A stretch of 63,973 bases of DNA, the filler included, from Octopus bimaculoides (lineage: Eukaryota), in NCBI RefSeq assembly GCF_001194135.2. It is 9 parts of 9 records of this genome, joined end to end, with 100 filler letters (N's around TTAATTAATTAA, not from the genome) between each part and the next. Parts side by side here need not be neighbours in the genome. Positions count along the whole stretch, not along the records: positions 6,417 to 15,890 come from NC_068992.1; positions 15,991 to 36,681 come from NC_068984.1; 7 more parts are not named here. One strand, given 5' to 3'. The notes under the pieces are model-generated. The model was not told the DNA's origin. It did not search any database and was given only the letters and a program-made list of their open reading frames with translations. Made by a program: the position numbers and the translations under genes. Shown here in pieces: positions 11,612 to 23,299 of this stretch (position 1 is the stretch's first letter; every line of letters begins with the position of its first letter).

Positions 11612-12183
11612 TGCATATATATATATATATATATATATGCATATGTGTGTGTACGTGTGTATATATGTATATGTAAGTACACACACACATACACACACAC
11701 ATAAATGCATCATCGCGGATCAAAACATTATAGGCAGCAGCAGCGGCGGCGGCGGCGGGGTCAACACCGATAAATCAAATCTAAGGTTCTAGGACACGTT
11801 TTTTAAAGATCCCATTAAAGCATGAAAAACCATTTGATATTAATCGCCACGTTTCTCTTAAAGTGTCACTGCATATTTAAAAGAGGTATAAAATGTTACA
11901 CAAATTAGGTAATTTAATACTGATAGGCGCATTTGTTGAATTTGAGAACCAAAAACAAAATAAAAGCAAAGGATTAAAAAATAAGAGGAAAAACCGAAGC
12001 AAAACGAAACAAAACGACCAGTAAGTTAGTAGAGATATGCAAAAGTAATTTTAGTATAGTTTTTCAGTGTGTTGAAGTGTAAATGGAAAACTCTTAAGTC
12101 GGTCACTGACATGTAGAGGAGAAATTTATCTGCAGAACACCAACAACTGAAAGCATGCCTTGAAACCAGGTCTTTTGTATACG

Positions 12184-12328
12184 CTGCGTAACTGGTACTT
12201 TATTTATCGACCTCGAAAGGATGAAAGGCAAGGTCGACCTCGGCGGAATTTGAACTCAGAATGTAACGGCAGACGAAATACCGTAAGCATTTCGGCCGGC
12301 GCGCTAACTTTTCTGCCAGCTCGCTGCC
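12184..12328 (-). mobile_element. SINE family C (tRNA head plus Meta/MESC-like central domain)
   Basis: actggtact...tttatcgacc...aaggatgaaaggcaaggtcgacctcggcggaatttgaactcagaa...ttctgccagctcgc. The domain name is from memory of MetaSINE consensus. Confidence 0.85.
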
Positions 12329-12357
12329 TTTTTCTCTCCTTGTTTCTTTCTGTGTTC

Positions 12358-12393
12358 CTTTCTGTGGAAGAGCGTAGGTTTGAAACGTTAAAG
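12358..12393 (+). ncRNA. Hammerhead-like fold with atypical core
   Basis: CTTT CTGTGGAA GAGC-GTAG-GTTT GAAA CG T T AAAG. All three stems form, but the core is CUGUGGAA rather than CUGANGA. Confidence 0.35.
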
Positions 12394-12682
12394 ACTTTTT
12401 CCCTTCCCGGGCGTTAAACTAATACATCTGTTTGTTGTTTACACCACCTATCTTCGTCTTTAGTTTTTTGGGGTTTTTTGTGAATAGACTAAGCGGTTCC
12501 ATCCAAGTAAAACAAGAATCAAAGGGGTCCATTGTTGTAAAATAGTTGAGAAGCACTGATCTGCAACCACCACGATCGCCACCACAGAAAACAAGAAAGA
12601 AAGCTAACATCACATGTTTCAATTGTTAAAAACATTGTCCAACAATTTATTAAAAAGTCACATCCTTAAGGTGGGCGTGAAA

Positions 12683-12890
12683 AAGTTTTGAATGGTACAA
12701 CAATGCAGTATAATACAAAAATGGACTATATACCTGTTGTAACTTAGTTATCTATAGTCCGATGATATTTCGGAATACAATTCCTTCTTCAGATATTCTT
12801 CGATGGAGTCTCTGCTATAAACTGTTTTCCAACGGTTTTCTTCTTTCGGAAGCGTCTCATTATAGAGCATTGTTGTACCATTCAAAACTT
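12683..12890. repeat. 32-bp inverted repeat (12683-12714 / 12859-12890) enclosing a hammerhead motif
   Basis: 30/32 identity by hand. Confidence 0.88.
12762..12794 (-). ncRNA. Minimal hammerhead motif with weak stem I
   Basis: AT CTGAAGA A GGAAT-TGT-ATTCC GAAA TA TC AT. 5-bp stem II, ATAT palindromic stem III, AUC triplet, stem I only 2 bp. Confidence 0.5.
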
Positions 12891-12936
12891 CTCATTCTTT
12901 ACAAACAATACACAATGCTTCAAGCGAACTGCAATA

Positions 12937-12982
<46 letters not shown>

Positions 12983-13341
12983 NNNNNNNNNNNNNNNNNN
13001 NNNNNNNNNNNNNNNNNNNNNNNNNNNNNNNNNNNNNNNNNNNNNNNNNNNNNNNNNNNNNNNNNNNNNNNNNNNNNNNNNNNNNNNNNNNNNNNNNNNN
13101 NNNNNNNNNNNNNNNNNNNNNNNNNNNNNNNNNNNNNNNNNNNNNNNNNNNNNNNNNNNNNNNNNNNNNNNNNNNNNNNNNNNNNNNNNNNNNNNNNNNN
13201 NNNNNNNNNNNNNNNNNNNNNNNNNNNNNNNNNNNNNNNNNNNNNNNNNNNNNNNNNNNNNNNNNNNNNNNNNNNNNNNNNNNNNNNNNNNNNNNNNNNN
13301 NNNNATATATATACGTACATATATACATGTGCTTGTATGTA

Positions 13342-13373
<32 letters not shown>

Positions 13374-14628
13374 TATGAATATATGTATGTACGTATGTAT
13401 GTATGCATAATAAAAGGTCAACTCAGTTCATTACTTTTAGTTTTTTTGAGGGTACCGAACATTGGATGTATTCAATAAATGTGTAACTGAGTTAGCTTGT
13501 TGTTGCTGTTGTTATTGTGTATCATCCAAAATACTGCCTAATCATGTCTACTCACCACCCACCACATCCTTCACAATAGTATTGTAGTTCAAGTAGCTGT
13601 TCACAATACTAAACGATAAAAATTAGTGATAAGAAACAACTTCTGTAACAGCTTCATACGAAACCTATGGTCACTAAACAAGCAGTGTGCCAGAGTTCTT
13701 CAGTATCAACAAATGAATATTTTGCTTGATAACAGATCTAGTAAGAGTAATGAGAAATATATCTCGTACATATCTATCAAGTGAAATGATAAGTCATGTT
13801 CAGGATTTCATCTATTGTATCCAAATCTCTGAATGCAACCAATGTGATGGAATCAAAGTATATATAGGAGTCAGTTGAAGGTTCGGAACAATAATCAGCA
13901 ATGAAATTCATGGGGTGTGCCCCGTGTACGAGAGTAAATTCTGAAATAGTTCAGAAAGAAAAAGAAACTAGACGAAGAAAGTTCGCAGAACGGTGACAAT
14001 AAATTCCGAGATTTCAGCGATGCTGTAAACGGAAGTGAACTGGCCCACAAATTATGAAAGAAAATTGAAGATTCAAAGCAGTAGAGAAAAATAGAAAAAG
14101 AAAGATAGGTAGAGCCATCAAGCCAGCTTTATTTAAGAAAGAACCTGTACTGACAACAATTATCGAGGGCACACAACCAATCCACAGATAAACAGTAAAA
14201 CCAAATCAGAACGTGAATACCTGATCGCTGTTGCTTGTCATCATCGGAGGACATCATCCTTTAGACCAGATGTTCTCAGCGTGGGCGGTAGCACTCCCAA
14301 GGGTGGCGATGTGCGTTGTGTTCTTAAGCAAAACAGCCCATCTCACGTTGCACTGCGATCACTTCGACGCGTGCCGCATGGTGCACCGAGCACCTGTTCA
14401 GGTAACGTTGTTTTGATAGAGGGAATGAGCTAATATACAGCACATACATTTGATAACTGTAAACAAATCACTTGTGCAAATCTTCGGCAAAATGCTGAAC
14501 GCTCATACGTCGTCTTCGACGGGAAAGTCTATCATATATATCTATATATGTATGTAAAAAAAATTACTTTTCGTAATGAGATAAAAAAAAAAACAAGGCT
14601 GTGTAGATTTTAGAACATTTATAAATAG

Positions 14629-14676
14629 GTCTTACAGCTGTTTCCAGGATATTTATTATATCCCTCCATCGGAGAC
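14629..14676 (-). ncRNA. Degenerate hammerhead (core mutated)
   Basis: GTCT CCGATGG A GGGATAT-AATAA-ATATCCT G GAAA CAGCTG TA AGAC. Stems I, II and palindromic III with GUA are present; the core reads CCGAUGG, two substitutions from consensus. Confidence 0.5.
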
Positions 14677-14832
14677 GGTGTGAGAAGATGGTTAAGCAAT
14701 AGTTAATTTAGATAAGATACGAAATAGAGAGTGAAGTGGAGGAACGAAAATAGATGTGAGATATGCAGGGATATTGCATTTGTAGATCCATTGTTTAGAC
14801 AGAATGGTATACATATATGATTCCAATGTATG

Positions 14833-14877
<45 letters not shown>

Positions 14878-15425
14878 NNNNNNNNNNNNNNNNNNNNNNN
14901 NNNNNNNNNNNNNNNNNNNNNNNNNNNNNNNNNNNNNNNNNNNNNNNNNNNNNNNNNNNNNNNNNNNNNNNNNNNNNNNNNNNNNNNNNNNNNNNNNNNN
15001 NNNNNNNNNNNNNNNNNNNNNNNNNNNNNNNNNNNNNNNNNNNNNNNNNNNNNNNNNNNNNNNNNNNNNNNNNNNNNNNNNNNNNNNNNNNNNNNNNNNN
15101 NNNNNNNNNNNNNNNNNNNNNNNNNNNNNNNNNNNNNNNNNNNNNNNNNNNNNNNNNNNNNNNNNNNNNNNNNNNNNNNNNNNNNNNNNNNNNNNNNNNN
15201 NNNNNNNNNNNNNNNNNNNNNNNNNNNNNNNNNNNNNNNNNNNNNNNNNNNNNNNNNNNNNNNNNNNNNNNNNNNNNNNNNNNNNNNNNNNNNNNNNNNN
15301 NNNNNNNNNNNNNNNNNNNNNNNNNNNNNNNNNNNNNNNNNNNTGTGTGTGTGTGTGTGTGTGTATGTATACATGTATGTGTGTATGTATATGAATACAC
15401 ACGCATACACATATATACAGAGTTA

Positions 15426-15648
15426 GCCAAAAGTGACCCGACAGTAAATCAAAAACCATTTAATTCAAAGATTTATTTATGTTTAACAACTGAATGAATT
15501 CAATAAAGACATCTAAATATGAAAGAAACACCATGAAAATTGTTCAATCTAAAATCCTTCTTGAGCGACATATTTTTTTCCGTTTGAGTCAATACAGAAT
15601 TACAGATATATTTATAGAATTTTGATTTACTGTCGGGTGACTTTTGGC
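15426..15648. repeat. 29-bp inverted repeat (15426-15454 / 15620-15648)
   Basis: 28/29 identity; flanked on both sides by microsatellite-rich DNA. Confidence 0.88.
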
Positions 15649-15701
15649 CAGTCCTGTGTATGTGTATGCATGTATTTATACATATATATATATGCACTCA
15701 C

Positions 15702-15738
<37 letters not shown>

Positions 15739-15788
15739 CACAGATGTGTGTATGTATATATATATATATATATATAATCATAAATATA

Positions 15789-15875
15789 TAGGGATTGACA
15801 GTAACCTGCTTCTCCAACATACTGAGAATTCAGAAATAGCAGTCAAAGAACTACTGATTTCAAAACTACAAATTA
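15789..15875 (+). repeat. Dispersed repeat, second copy at about 60003-60085
   Basis: Shared ctccaacatactgagaattcagaaatagcagtcaaagaactactgatt...aaactacaa. Confidence 0.75.
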
Positions 15876-16490
15876 TTACTCCAGATTGATNNNNNNNNNN
15901 NNNNNNNNNNNNNNNNNNNNNNNNNNNNNNNNNNTTAATTAATTAANNNNNNNNNNNNNNNNNNNNNNNNNNNNNNNNNNNNNNNNNNNNAGGGTCGAAG
16001 TGTATAGACTTATACACCTCTTCCACAAAAAATAGTTTAAAACTGCAAAAGTTTTGACATATAAAAGGCCAACTTACTTGCGAGCCGATGTGACTAGCAT
16101 CCGTCCAGATCAGAGATAGATAGATAGATAGATAGGGAGACAGATAGATAGAATAGTGAAGACAGATTGAAATGAGAATCTATTTAAAAATAGAAGGCCA
16201 CAAAGTTGAATCGGTAATTGTCCTGTCCTAACTGCTATAACATCCTGCAACCCCTCATGTTTTAGCACTTTTAGCAACGTTAACAATTTTGGTAAAATTA
16301 CTGATTTTCTTTTTTTCCTGTACTTAAATTCTTGGAATTATTACTGCCCCATTGAAACACCCACTACTAATATCACAACTTTTTGGAGTTAAATATATTT
16401 GGGAAGGCACTCAATAAGTCTGTTGTCTGTTTTCTACAGATCTTCGCTGGACTTCCAACTCAATTTTTGTTTGTTTTTTACTGTTTGTTT

Positions 16491-16650
16491 GGCTGTGTGG
16501 TAAGTAGCTTGCCTACCAACCACATGGTTCCGGGTTCAGTCCCACTGCGTGGCATCTTGGGCAAGTGTCTTCTACTATAGCCTCGGGCCGATCAGATTCT
16601 TGTGGGTGGATTTGGTAGATGGAAACTGAAAGAAGCTCGTCATATATATG

Positions 16651-16681
<31 letters not shown>

Positions 16682-16772
16682 ATGTTTGTGTTTCTGTGTT
16701 TGTTCCCCCCAACATCACTTGACAACCGATGCTGGTGTGTTTATGTTCCCGTCACTTAGTGGTTCAGCGACA
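16491..16772 (+). mobile_element. SINE family A with (TA)n(TG)n spacer and truncated tail
   Basis: Same head and tail motifs as 9454-9870. Confidence 0.88.
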
Positions 16773-17822
16773 CTGACAACGACCTCGCTCGAATGATTTT
16801 CTAACGTGCAACCAGCACAAGTGCCAGTAAGGCGATGCTGGTAAGTGTCAGTAAGGTGACACAGACATACATACACACATCATGTATGGATATATTTATA
16901 TATGTGTGTGTAATGGTAATGTAGTTGCATAAATCTTCAAGCTGTATAAACATATATTCAGGTTTGAGGAAAATCTAATGCAAACAATACCAAGACATGA
17001 CATAATGGAGTATTTTGAGAAAGTGGGAAAGAAATGACTGGCCTAACTTTGGATGCTTGTTGTTGTTGTTGTTGTTGGTGAGTCCTTGGTCAGCACTGAA
17101 CAAATAAGCTCACATTCAAAGACGTACATAAGACTGTGTTCTGTGAGGTTTCTGTTTTTTTTTTTTTACAAGATAGCAAGATGTGATTTGTGGGAGTTTG
17201 GCTTCTATTTCTAGCAGGTACAGTGATGAGGGTAACAATAAGCAAAAGATGTTCACTCACATACAGAAAGTCACAGCACACACATTTTAACTATAAAATA
17301 CAATTCTGTCTTCACAGTCAGATAATAACCGGATACGGAATTTTTTTATTTGTTGCTGTGTTTTTGTATCTTTGTATTTTGATTATGTTCTTGCTTTGTC
17401 TGTCATTTTATTCGTGGGTTTAGTTTTGTCAGCAAATTGCTGAAATTCAAACACTGCTTTGGATATTCAATCACGTATAGAGTGAAATGACAATCTGATC
17501 TAACGAAGAACCTATTCAAAATAATCAGCTAAAAAGACTCATCCTACACCTTTGATGGTTACGTAATCTGTTAATTATATCACCAATGTACTACAGGTAT
17601 GATAATGTGTGGAAACAATTGTAGTGATATGAAATAAAGAATGTCATTCAATCCATTTTGTCTTCTTCACATCTTTATATAAACTCTACAGATGCTACAG
17701 AATTCCAGATGTATATCCAATGACAAGAATATTCCTACTGTATGGTGACATTTGGTAGCCAATAACTGTGCACAAGCTTTGTATAGCATACTCCAAACTT
17801 TTTACCCCCAAAATTATTCAAT

Positions 17823-17854
<32 letters not shown>

Positions 17855-17906
17855 CACGCATTTTTCTGTCTCCTTGTCCTGGCGGTTGTAAATGAGTGTC
17901 ATTATC

Positions 17907-18295
17907 GTTGTTGTTGTTGGCACTCCGTCACTTACGACGTCGAGGGTTCCAGTTGATCCGATCAACGGAACAACCTGCTCGTGAAATTAACGTGCAAGTG
18001 GCTGAGCACTCCACAGACATGTGTACCCTTAACGTAGTTCTTGGGGATATTCAGCGTGACACAGTGTGACAAGGCTGACCCTTTGAATTACAGGCACAAC
18101 AGAAACAGGAAGAAAGAGCGAGAGAAAGTTGTGGTGGAAGAGTACAGCAGGGTTCACCACCATCCCCTGCCGGAGCCTCGTGGAGCTTTTGGTGTTTTCT
18201 CTCAATAAACACTCACAACGCCCGGTCTGGGAATCGAAATCGCGATCCTATGATCGCGAGTCCGCTGCCCTAACCACTGGGCCATTGTGCCTCCA
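17907..18295 (-). mobile_element. Full-length SINE family B (tRNA head, (AAC)n tail)
   Basis: Minus strand ggaggcacaatggcccagtggttagggcagcgg...ttcgattcccagaccgggcg...gatcaactggaaccctcg...ggagtgccaacaac; matches the copies at 25100, 32910 and 41568. Confidence 0.9.
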
Positions 18296-18793
18296 CTTGT
18301 AAATGAAATACCTTCCCAGTAATTGCTAGCCTATACATAGATTGAACTTGTAGAATTGTGATAGTTTTTTTCAAAAGAATTATAACTTTTGAAGGCTGAA
18401 ATGAGATGGACTGAAAGTGGTTATTTGGACATCTTGAGTGGACATTCAATCTGTTTTGGTGATAGTGCATTTTGGCACAGAAGGCAGGCGCATGCATATG
18501 CATGTGTGCATAGAAATAGGCACATACAGATTGCGAGAGAAGGGAATAGGGAGAGAGGTTATAGTTTTTTTAATTGAAAAATCGAACACGTTTGACATAA
18601 ACACTTCCCTTCTTTTCATACGCATAGAGAAATATGTTCATGTATAGAAAAAGAGAGAGGGAGGGGAGGGGAGAGAGAGAAGGGGGAAGGAGAGAGAGAA
18701 AGAATGGGAGAAACATTAAAATGTCTGATGTCAGATAAACCGGTGTTTGCATAAGTGATGCCAAAATAGATATCTGTATGTGTGTATATGTAT

Positions 18794-18841
<48 letters not shown>

Positions 18842-18950
18842 GCATGTGCTTGCCTGGTAGTGCCAAAAAGTACTGTCCCAAAAACAAGTTCAGCGTCCAG
18901 TTAGCTGTACCAGATCCCCAGTGTCTAAACTGCTGCATCCAACCATCTCA
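18842..18950 (+). repeat. Unclassified dispersed repeat, second copy at about 34043-34150
   Basis: gcatgtgcttgcc..tgccaaaaagtactgtc...aagttcagcgtccagttagctgtaccagatccccagtgtctaaactgctgc is colinear with gcgtgtgcttgcc..tgccaaaaactactgtc...aagttcaatgtctagtcagttgtgccaaatcgccagcgtccaaacagctgc. Confidence 0.6.
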
Positions 18951-19004
18951 TTTTGAGTCAAAATAGAGATCTTTGGCAGAAGGTATTTAGGGAAGGTATC
19001 AAAT

Positions 19005-19414
19005 TCTTTTCTACTCTAGGCACAAGGCCCAAAATTTTGGGGGAGTGGGGCCAGTCGATTAGATCGACTCCAGTACACAACTGGTACTTAATTTATCGAT
19101 CCCGAAAGGATGAAAGGTAAAGTTGAATTTGAACTCAGAACATAAAAACAGATGAAATACTGCTAAGCATTTCGCCCGGCGTGCTAACGTTTCTTATTTC
19201 TTTATTGCCCTCAAGGGGCTAAACATAGAGGGGACAAACAAGGACAGGCAAAGGGAGTAAGTCGATTATATCGACACCAGTGCGTAACTGGTACTTAATT
19301 TATCGACCCCAAAAAGATGAAAGTCAAAGTCGACCTCGGCGGAATTTGAACCCAGAACGTAATGGCAGACGAAAAACTGCTAAGCATTTCGCCCAGTGTG
19401 CTAACGTTTCTGCC
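19005..19414 (-). mobile_element. Two tandem SINE family C copies (about 19005-19193 and 19194-19414)
   Basis: Repeated actggtacttaatttatcga...aatttgaac.cagaac...ctaagcatttcgccc...gtgctaacgtttct. Confidence 0.88.
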
Positions 19415-19670
19415 AGTGATGGTGGTGGTAGTTGTGGGGGCGATGGTGGTGGTGGTATTGGGTGGTAGTGGTGGTAGTGGTAGTTGTGTAGGTGATGGTG
19501 GTAGTGAAGAAGATGATTATGTCATAGTACTGAAGGAGGCAAAAATAAGGTGAGTTCATGGTAATGGTAGGAGTGTTGGTGGTGATGGTGGTGACTGGGA
19601 TGGTAATGGTGGTGGTGGTAGTGGTGGTTTTCATGGTGGTCTGTGGTGGTGAAGAAGATGATTATGTAGA
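19415..19670. repeat. (GGT)n-rich low-complexity tract
   Basis: Directly visible; gaagaagatgattatgt...tgaaggagg occurs twice. Confidence 0.85.
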
Positions 19671-20254
19671 ACTGAAGGAGGTGGAAATAGGGTGACTGCA
19701 TGGTGACCCAGACATTGTTTATGAACTATCAAGAACTGGCACATATCTGTCACCAATATATAGAATCCACAACTATGGCTAATAACCCAGTTAGCAACCA
19801 ATCAAATGAAAAAAAAAAAAACTTTATTATTACAATTCATCAAAGCTCATCATTTATGTTGTTGCTAATAATTCATTTTTCTTCCTGTTTGTGGCGTCTA
19901 ACACAGATCATCTGTTTTATCTTTCGACATAACATTTATCTTCTTTCATCTTTGACATCTGCATGGTTGGTCATATATGGTAACATGCTGCTTCCCATGT
20001 GAAGTTTAAGTATCATAAGACAAAAGAATCACTCCACATTTGCTATAATTATTGTTTCCACAGCAAAACCAATGCCTCAAGTTCTCAAATTACTCATTTC
20101 TTTCTACTTTCTACCAGCTCTTTCTACCAGCTCTTTCTACCAGCTTCTTTCTACCAGCTCTCACATCTACTAAATATTATTATTTGATAACTAATATTAT
20201 TTTTACTTCTTTTTCGTGCACAAGAGCCATAAAACTACAGATACTCTGGAAATT

Positions 20255-21190
20255 GATTTTCTCAAATGCCCCTGGAGGCTCATTAGAGGTTGTGGATAGT
20301 TTATGCTACCTAGGGGACCAAATTAATAGTGGGGGAGGATGTACAGAAAATGTAATAGCCAGAATAAGAATAAGATGGAGAAAATTCAGAGAGCTCTTAC
20401 TTCTGTTAGCAACCAAAGGTCTCTCTTGGCAAAAGGAAGATTGTATGATATATGTATACAGACAGCAATTCTACATGGTAGTGAAATGTAGGCCCTGAAT
20501 GCAGAGGACATGTGAAAGTTAGAGAGGAATGAGGCTAGTGTATGCTCTGCTGGATGTGTAATGTAAGTGTACATGTTTCACAGAGTGTTGGTGTATTGAG
20601 AGAGAAGTTAGGCATTAGAGGAATTAAATGTAGTGTGCAAGAGAGAAGACTGCATTGGTTTGGTCATGTGAAGTGGATGGATGCTGACAGCTCCATATAG
20701 AAGTGCCGATCTCTCAAAGTGGATTGAATACATGGAAGAGGGAGGCCCATGAAGACATGGAATGAAATACTGAAGGATGACCTCTGCACACTGAACCTCC
20801 CAGACAAGATGACAATGGACCGAGATACTTGACACCTTGCTGTACTCAGGAAAACCTGTCCTCCACAGCAGAAGTGTTAAGGTCATTCCTCCTGGTGAAG
20901 AGGATTAGCCTGTAAGAGTTGTGTGCCAGAGCAATGTATAAAGCACTTGTGCCAGTGCCACTTAAAAGCACTTGTGTGGTGCCACACTAAAAGCACTCAG
21001 CACTCACTGTAATGTGGTTGACATTAGGAAGGGCATCCAGCTGTAGAAACGATGCCAAATCAGACGAGAACTTGGTGCAGCTCTGCAGCTTGCCTGCTCT
21101 GGTCAAACCGTCCAACCCATGCCAGCATGGAAGATGAATGTTAAAGGATGATAATGATGATAATGATGACGATGATGACGATGATGATGA
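20255..21190 (+). pseudogene. 3' part of an RTE-clade LINE (end of ORF2, 3' UTR, (TGA)n tail)
   Basis: LEVVDSLCYLGDQINSGGGCTENVIARIRIRWRKFREL; RRLHWFGHV; GRGRPMKTW; UTR aggaagggcatccagctgtagaaac; (tga)n tail. Confidence 0.88.
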
Positions 21191-21199
21191 CACAGAAAG

Positions 21200-21345
21200 A
21201 CTGTGTGGTTAAGAAGACTGCTTCTAAACCATGTGGTCTTGGGTTCGATTCCAGTGTGTAGCATCTTGGGCAAGTTTTCTACTATTGCCCAAGGCAAGCC
21301 AAAGCTTTGTGAGCAGATTTGGTAGGTGGAAACTGATGAAGCCCA
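21200..21345 (+). mobile_element. SINE family A head, degenerate
   Basis: ctgtgtggttaagaag...accatgtggtcttgggttcgattcca...cttgggcaagt...gatttggtag..ggaaactga. Confidence 0.7.
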
Positions 21346-21348
21346 GCG

Positions 21349-21380
<32 letters not shown>

Positions 21381-21895
21381 TGTATGATGTATGTATGTAT
21401 GTATGTATGTATGTATGAGTGAAAGAGCGGCACATACCATCAAAGCGATGCTGGGATACGAATATACAAAACCCAATACACCCATCATGACTACACGTCT
21501 GATAAGAGTATACCAGGCACATGCATCATAACCATATATGCATGACATGGTGACCTCATATCAAGATAAACAATGCATGACCTAGCAGGTGGTACCCAGA
21601 TAAATTTTCTTCAGGTCAATCAGCCCATCCTGCTCAAAGGGTCTCTGGATAAGGGTTGTTTAATGATGATGAATGAAACACCCATGTTTCCAGTGGTAAA
21701 TTATTCAAACCCAAAGAATCCCTCTCATCCTATGGCTATGATGCTCCCCCACTATTCCTGCTCATGACTAGAGTTGCACATACTGTCAGCCATTAAGGGA
21801 TATACTCACGTGGTTAAGGTTAAGCCACTGGCAAGCAAATCTGTGGTATTGAGCAGAATATTTGCTGGTGCCCTTCATTTATACAAAGGTAAGAC

Positions 21896-21926
<31 letters not shown>

Positions 21927-22170
21927 TGTATGTGTGTATGTATGTAAGTATGTATTTATGTATGTATGTATATATACATGTTTGTATGTGTATGTGTATG
22001 TATGTTTTATGTACGTATGTATGTACTACATATGCATGTATGTATGTTTGTGTGTGTGTGTGTGCGTGTGTGTGTGCACGTGCGAGTGCGCGTGCGTGAG
22101 TATGTGTGTTTATGACTTGGGATTGACTGAATGAACAGACTTAGATTTCCCTGCCATAATAGCGAACCTG

Positions 22171-22401
22171 TAGTGATGTAGCTGGAGACTGGAGTGGGGC
22201 ACGAGGGGGCGGTCCACCATGGATGACGCTTTTTTGAGTGCAGCACTTTTGGTACGTGCTCTATTAGTTTATATAGGCTGTTTTGAAATTTGATCACTTT
22301 TAAGTATCAGACACTCTCAGAGGCTGAAGTGAGGGGCGAGGCTGGTGGTGCAGTAATCTCAAAGGCTGCTCCGGGCGGTACACATTCTAGCTACGCTCCT
22401 G
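22171..22401. mobile_element. Degenerate hAT-like MITE
   Basis: Ends tagtgatgtagctgg and ctagctacgctcctg (9/15 inverted match); flanking 8-mers cgaacctg and cgaagcag (6/8) fit an old 8-bp TSD. Confidence 0.45.
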
Positions 22402-22510
22402 CGAAGCAGTGCAAAATGCATCCACAATACCGTTACCTGTACTTTTACTTGAGTCGGTACTCACCCAGGATGAGAAGAGATGGATCTAACCAGTGATTTT
22501 GATTTTATAG

Positions 22511-22970
22511 TGTAGTGAGGGTTCGATCCCTGACCGCTAGATATTCGATTGAGCACCACAAGTGCACCACCGTAGTTTCACAAGATTGATCTATAACTCG
22601 ACCAATCAGTGTGAAGATGTGGCGTGATGTGGTTTTCTTGAATGTTCTAGAAATCGCCTTGTATACCTTATAAAAAACCGTTTTGGCGCTTTGGCTCATT
22701 GCAGAGTGTTAAGGTGGCTGACTGATTCACGCGCGTCACTGCTCGCCAGACGGCTTGGGACATTTGCGCAGACAACTCCAGTTTCTCGGACAGACCCATT
22801 CATTTACACAATGTCTCGTAAATAACTTTTTCGTTCGCGGCGTGGTTTTTCTCTCTGTCCCAGTCGATAATTATCATTATTGTTCATTATTAATAGCCAA
22901 CACCAAATACATTATATCTGGCAATAAATATTAAGTTAAATGTTCGTGAGTTTGCTTCAGTTATTATTCA
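22511..22970 (+). mobile_element. Possible solo LTR
   Basis: TG start, CCAAT box at 22602, TATAAAA at 22669, AATAAA at 22923, CA end. No TSD or second copy confirmed. Confidence 0.25.
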
Positions 22971-23299
22971 TGCAACCAACGAAATATATATCATTATTGA
23001 CCTGTTCAGCACCAGCAACTAGCAAACTTTTGCTACAACAGCATCTGTAATAGAAGCAAACAGTCCAGCGACCTTAGACATTCGACATGTAAATCGTCAA
23101 ACTGTTGCAATTCCAGCAAAGAACACCTTACACACGGAAACTAGATATTGATTCAAGATATGCATTGATCGTTCTGTTCCATGTTTTCAGTTGTTTGCTT
23201 TGAGTTTACGCCATCTCAAGTGGGGTTCTAGTGCATATGTATTGTGAATAAACTAACCCATAAACAACGAAGCGCATGTTCAAATCAACAAATGCAACT

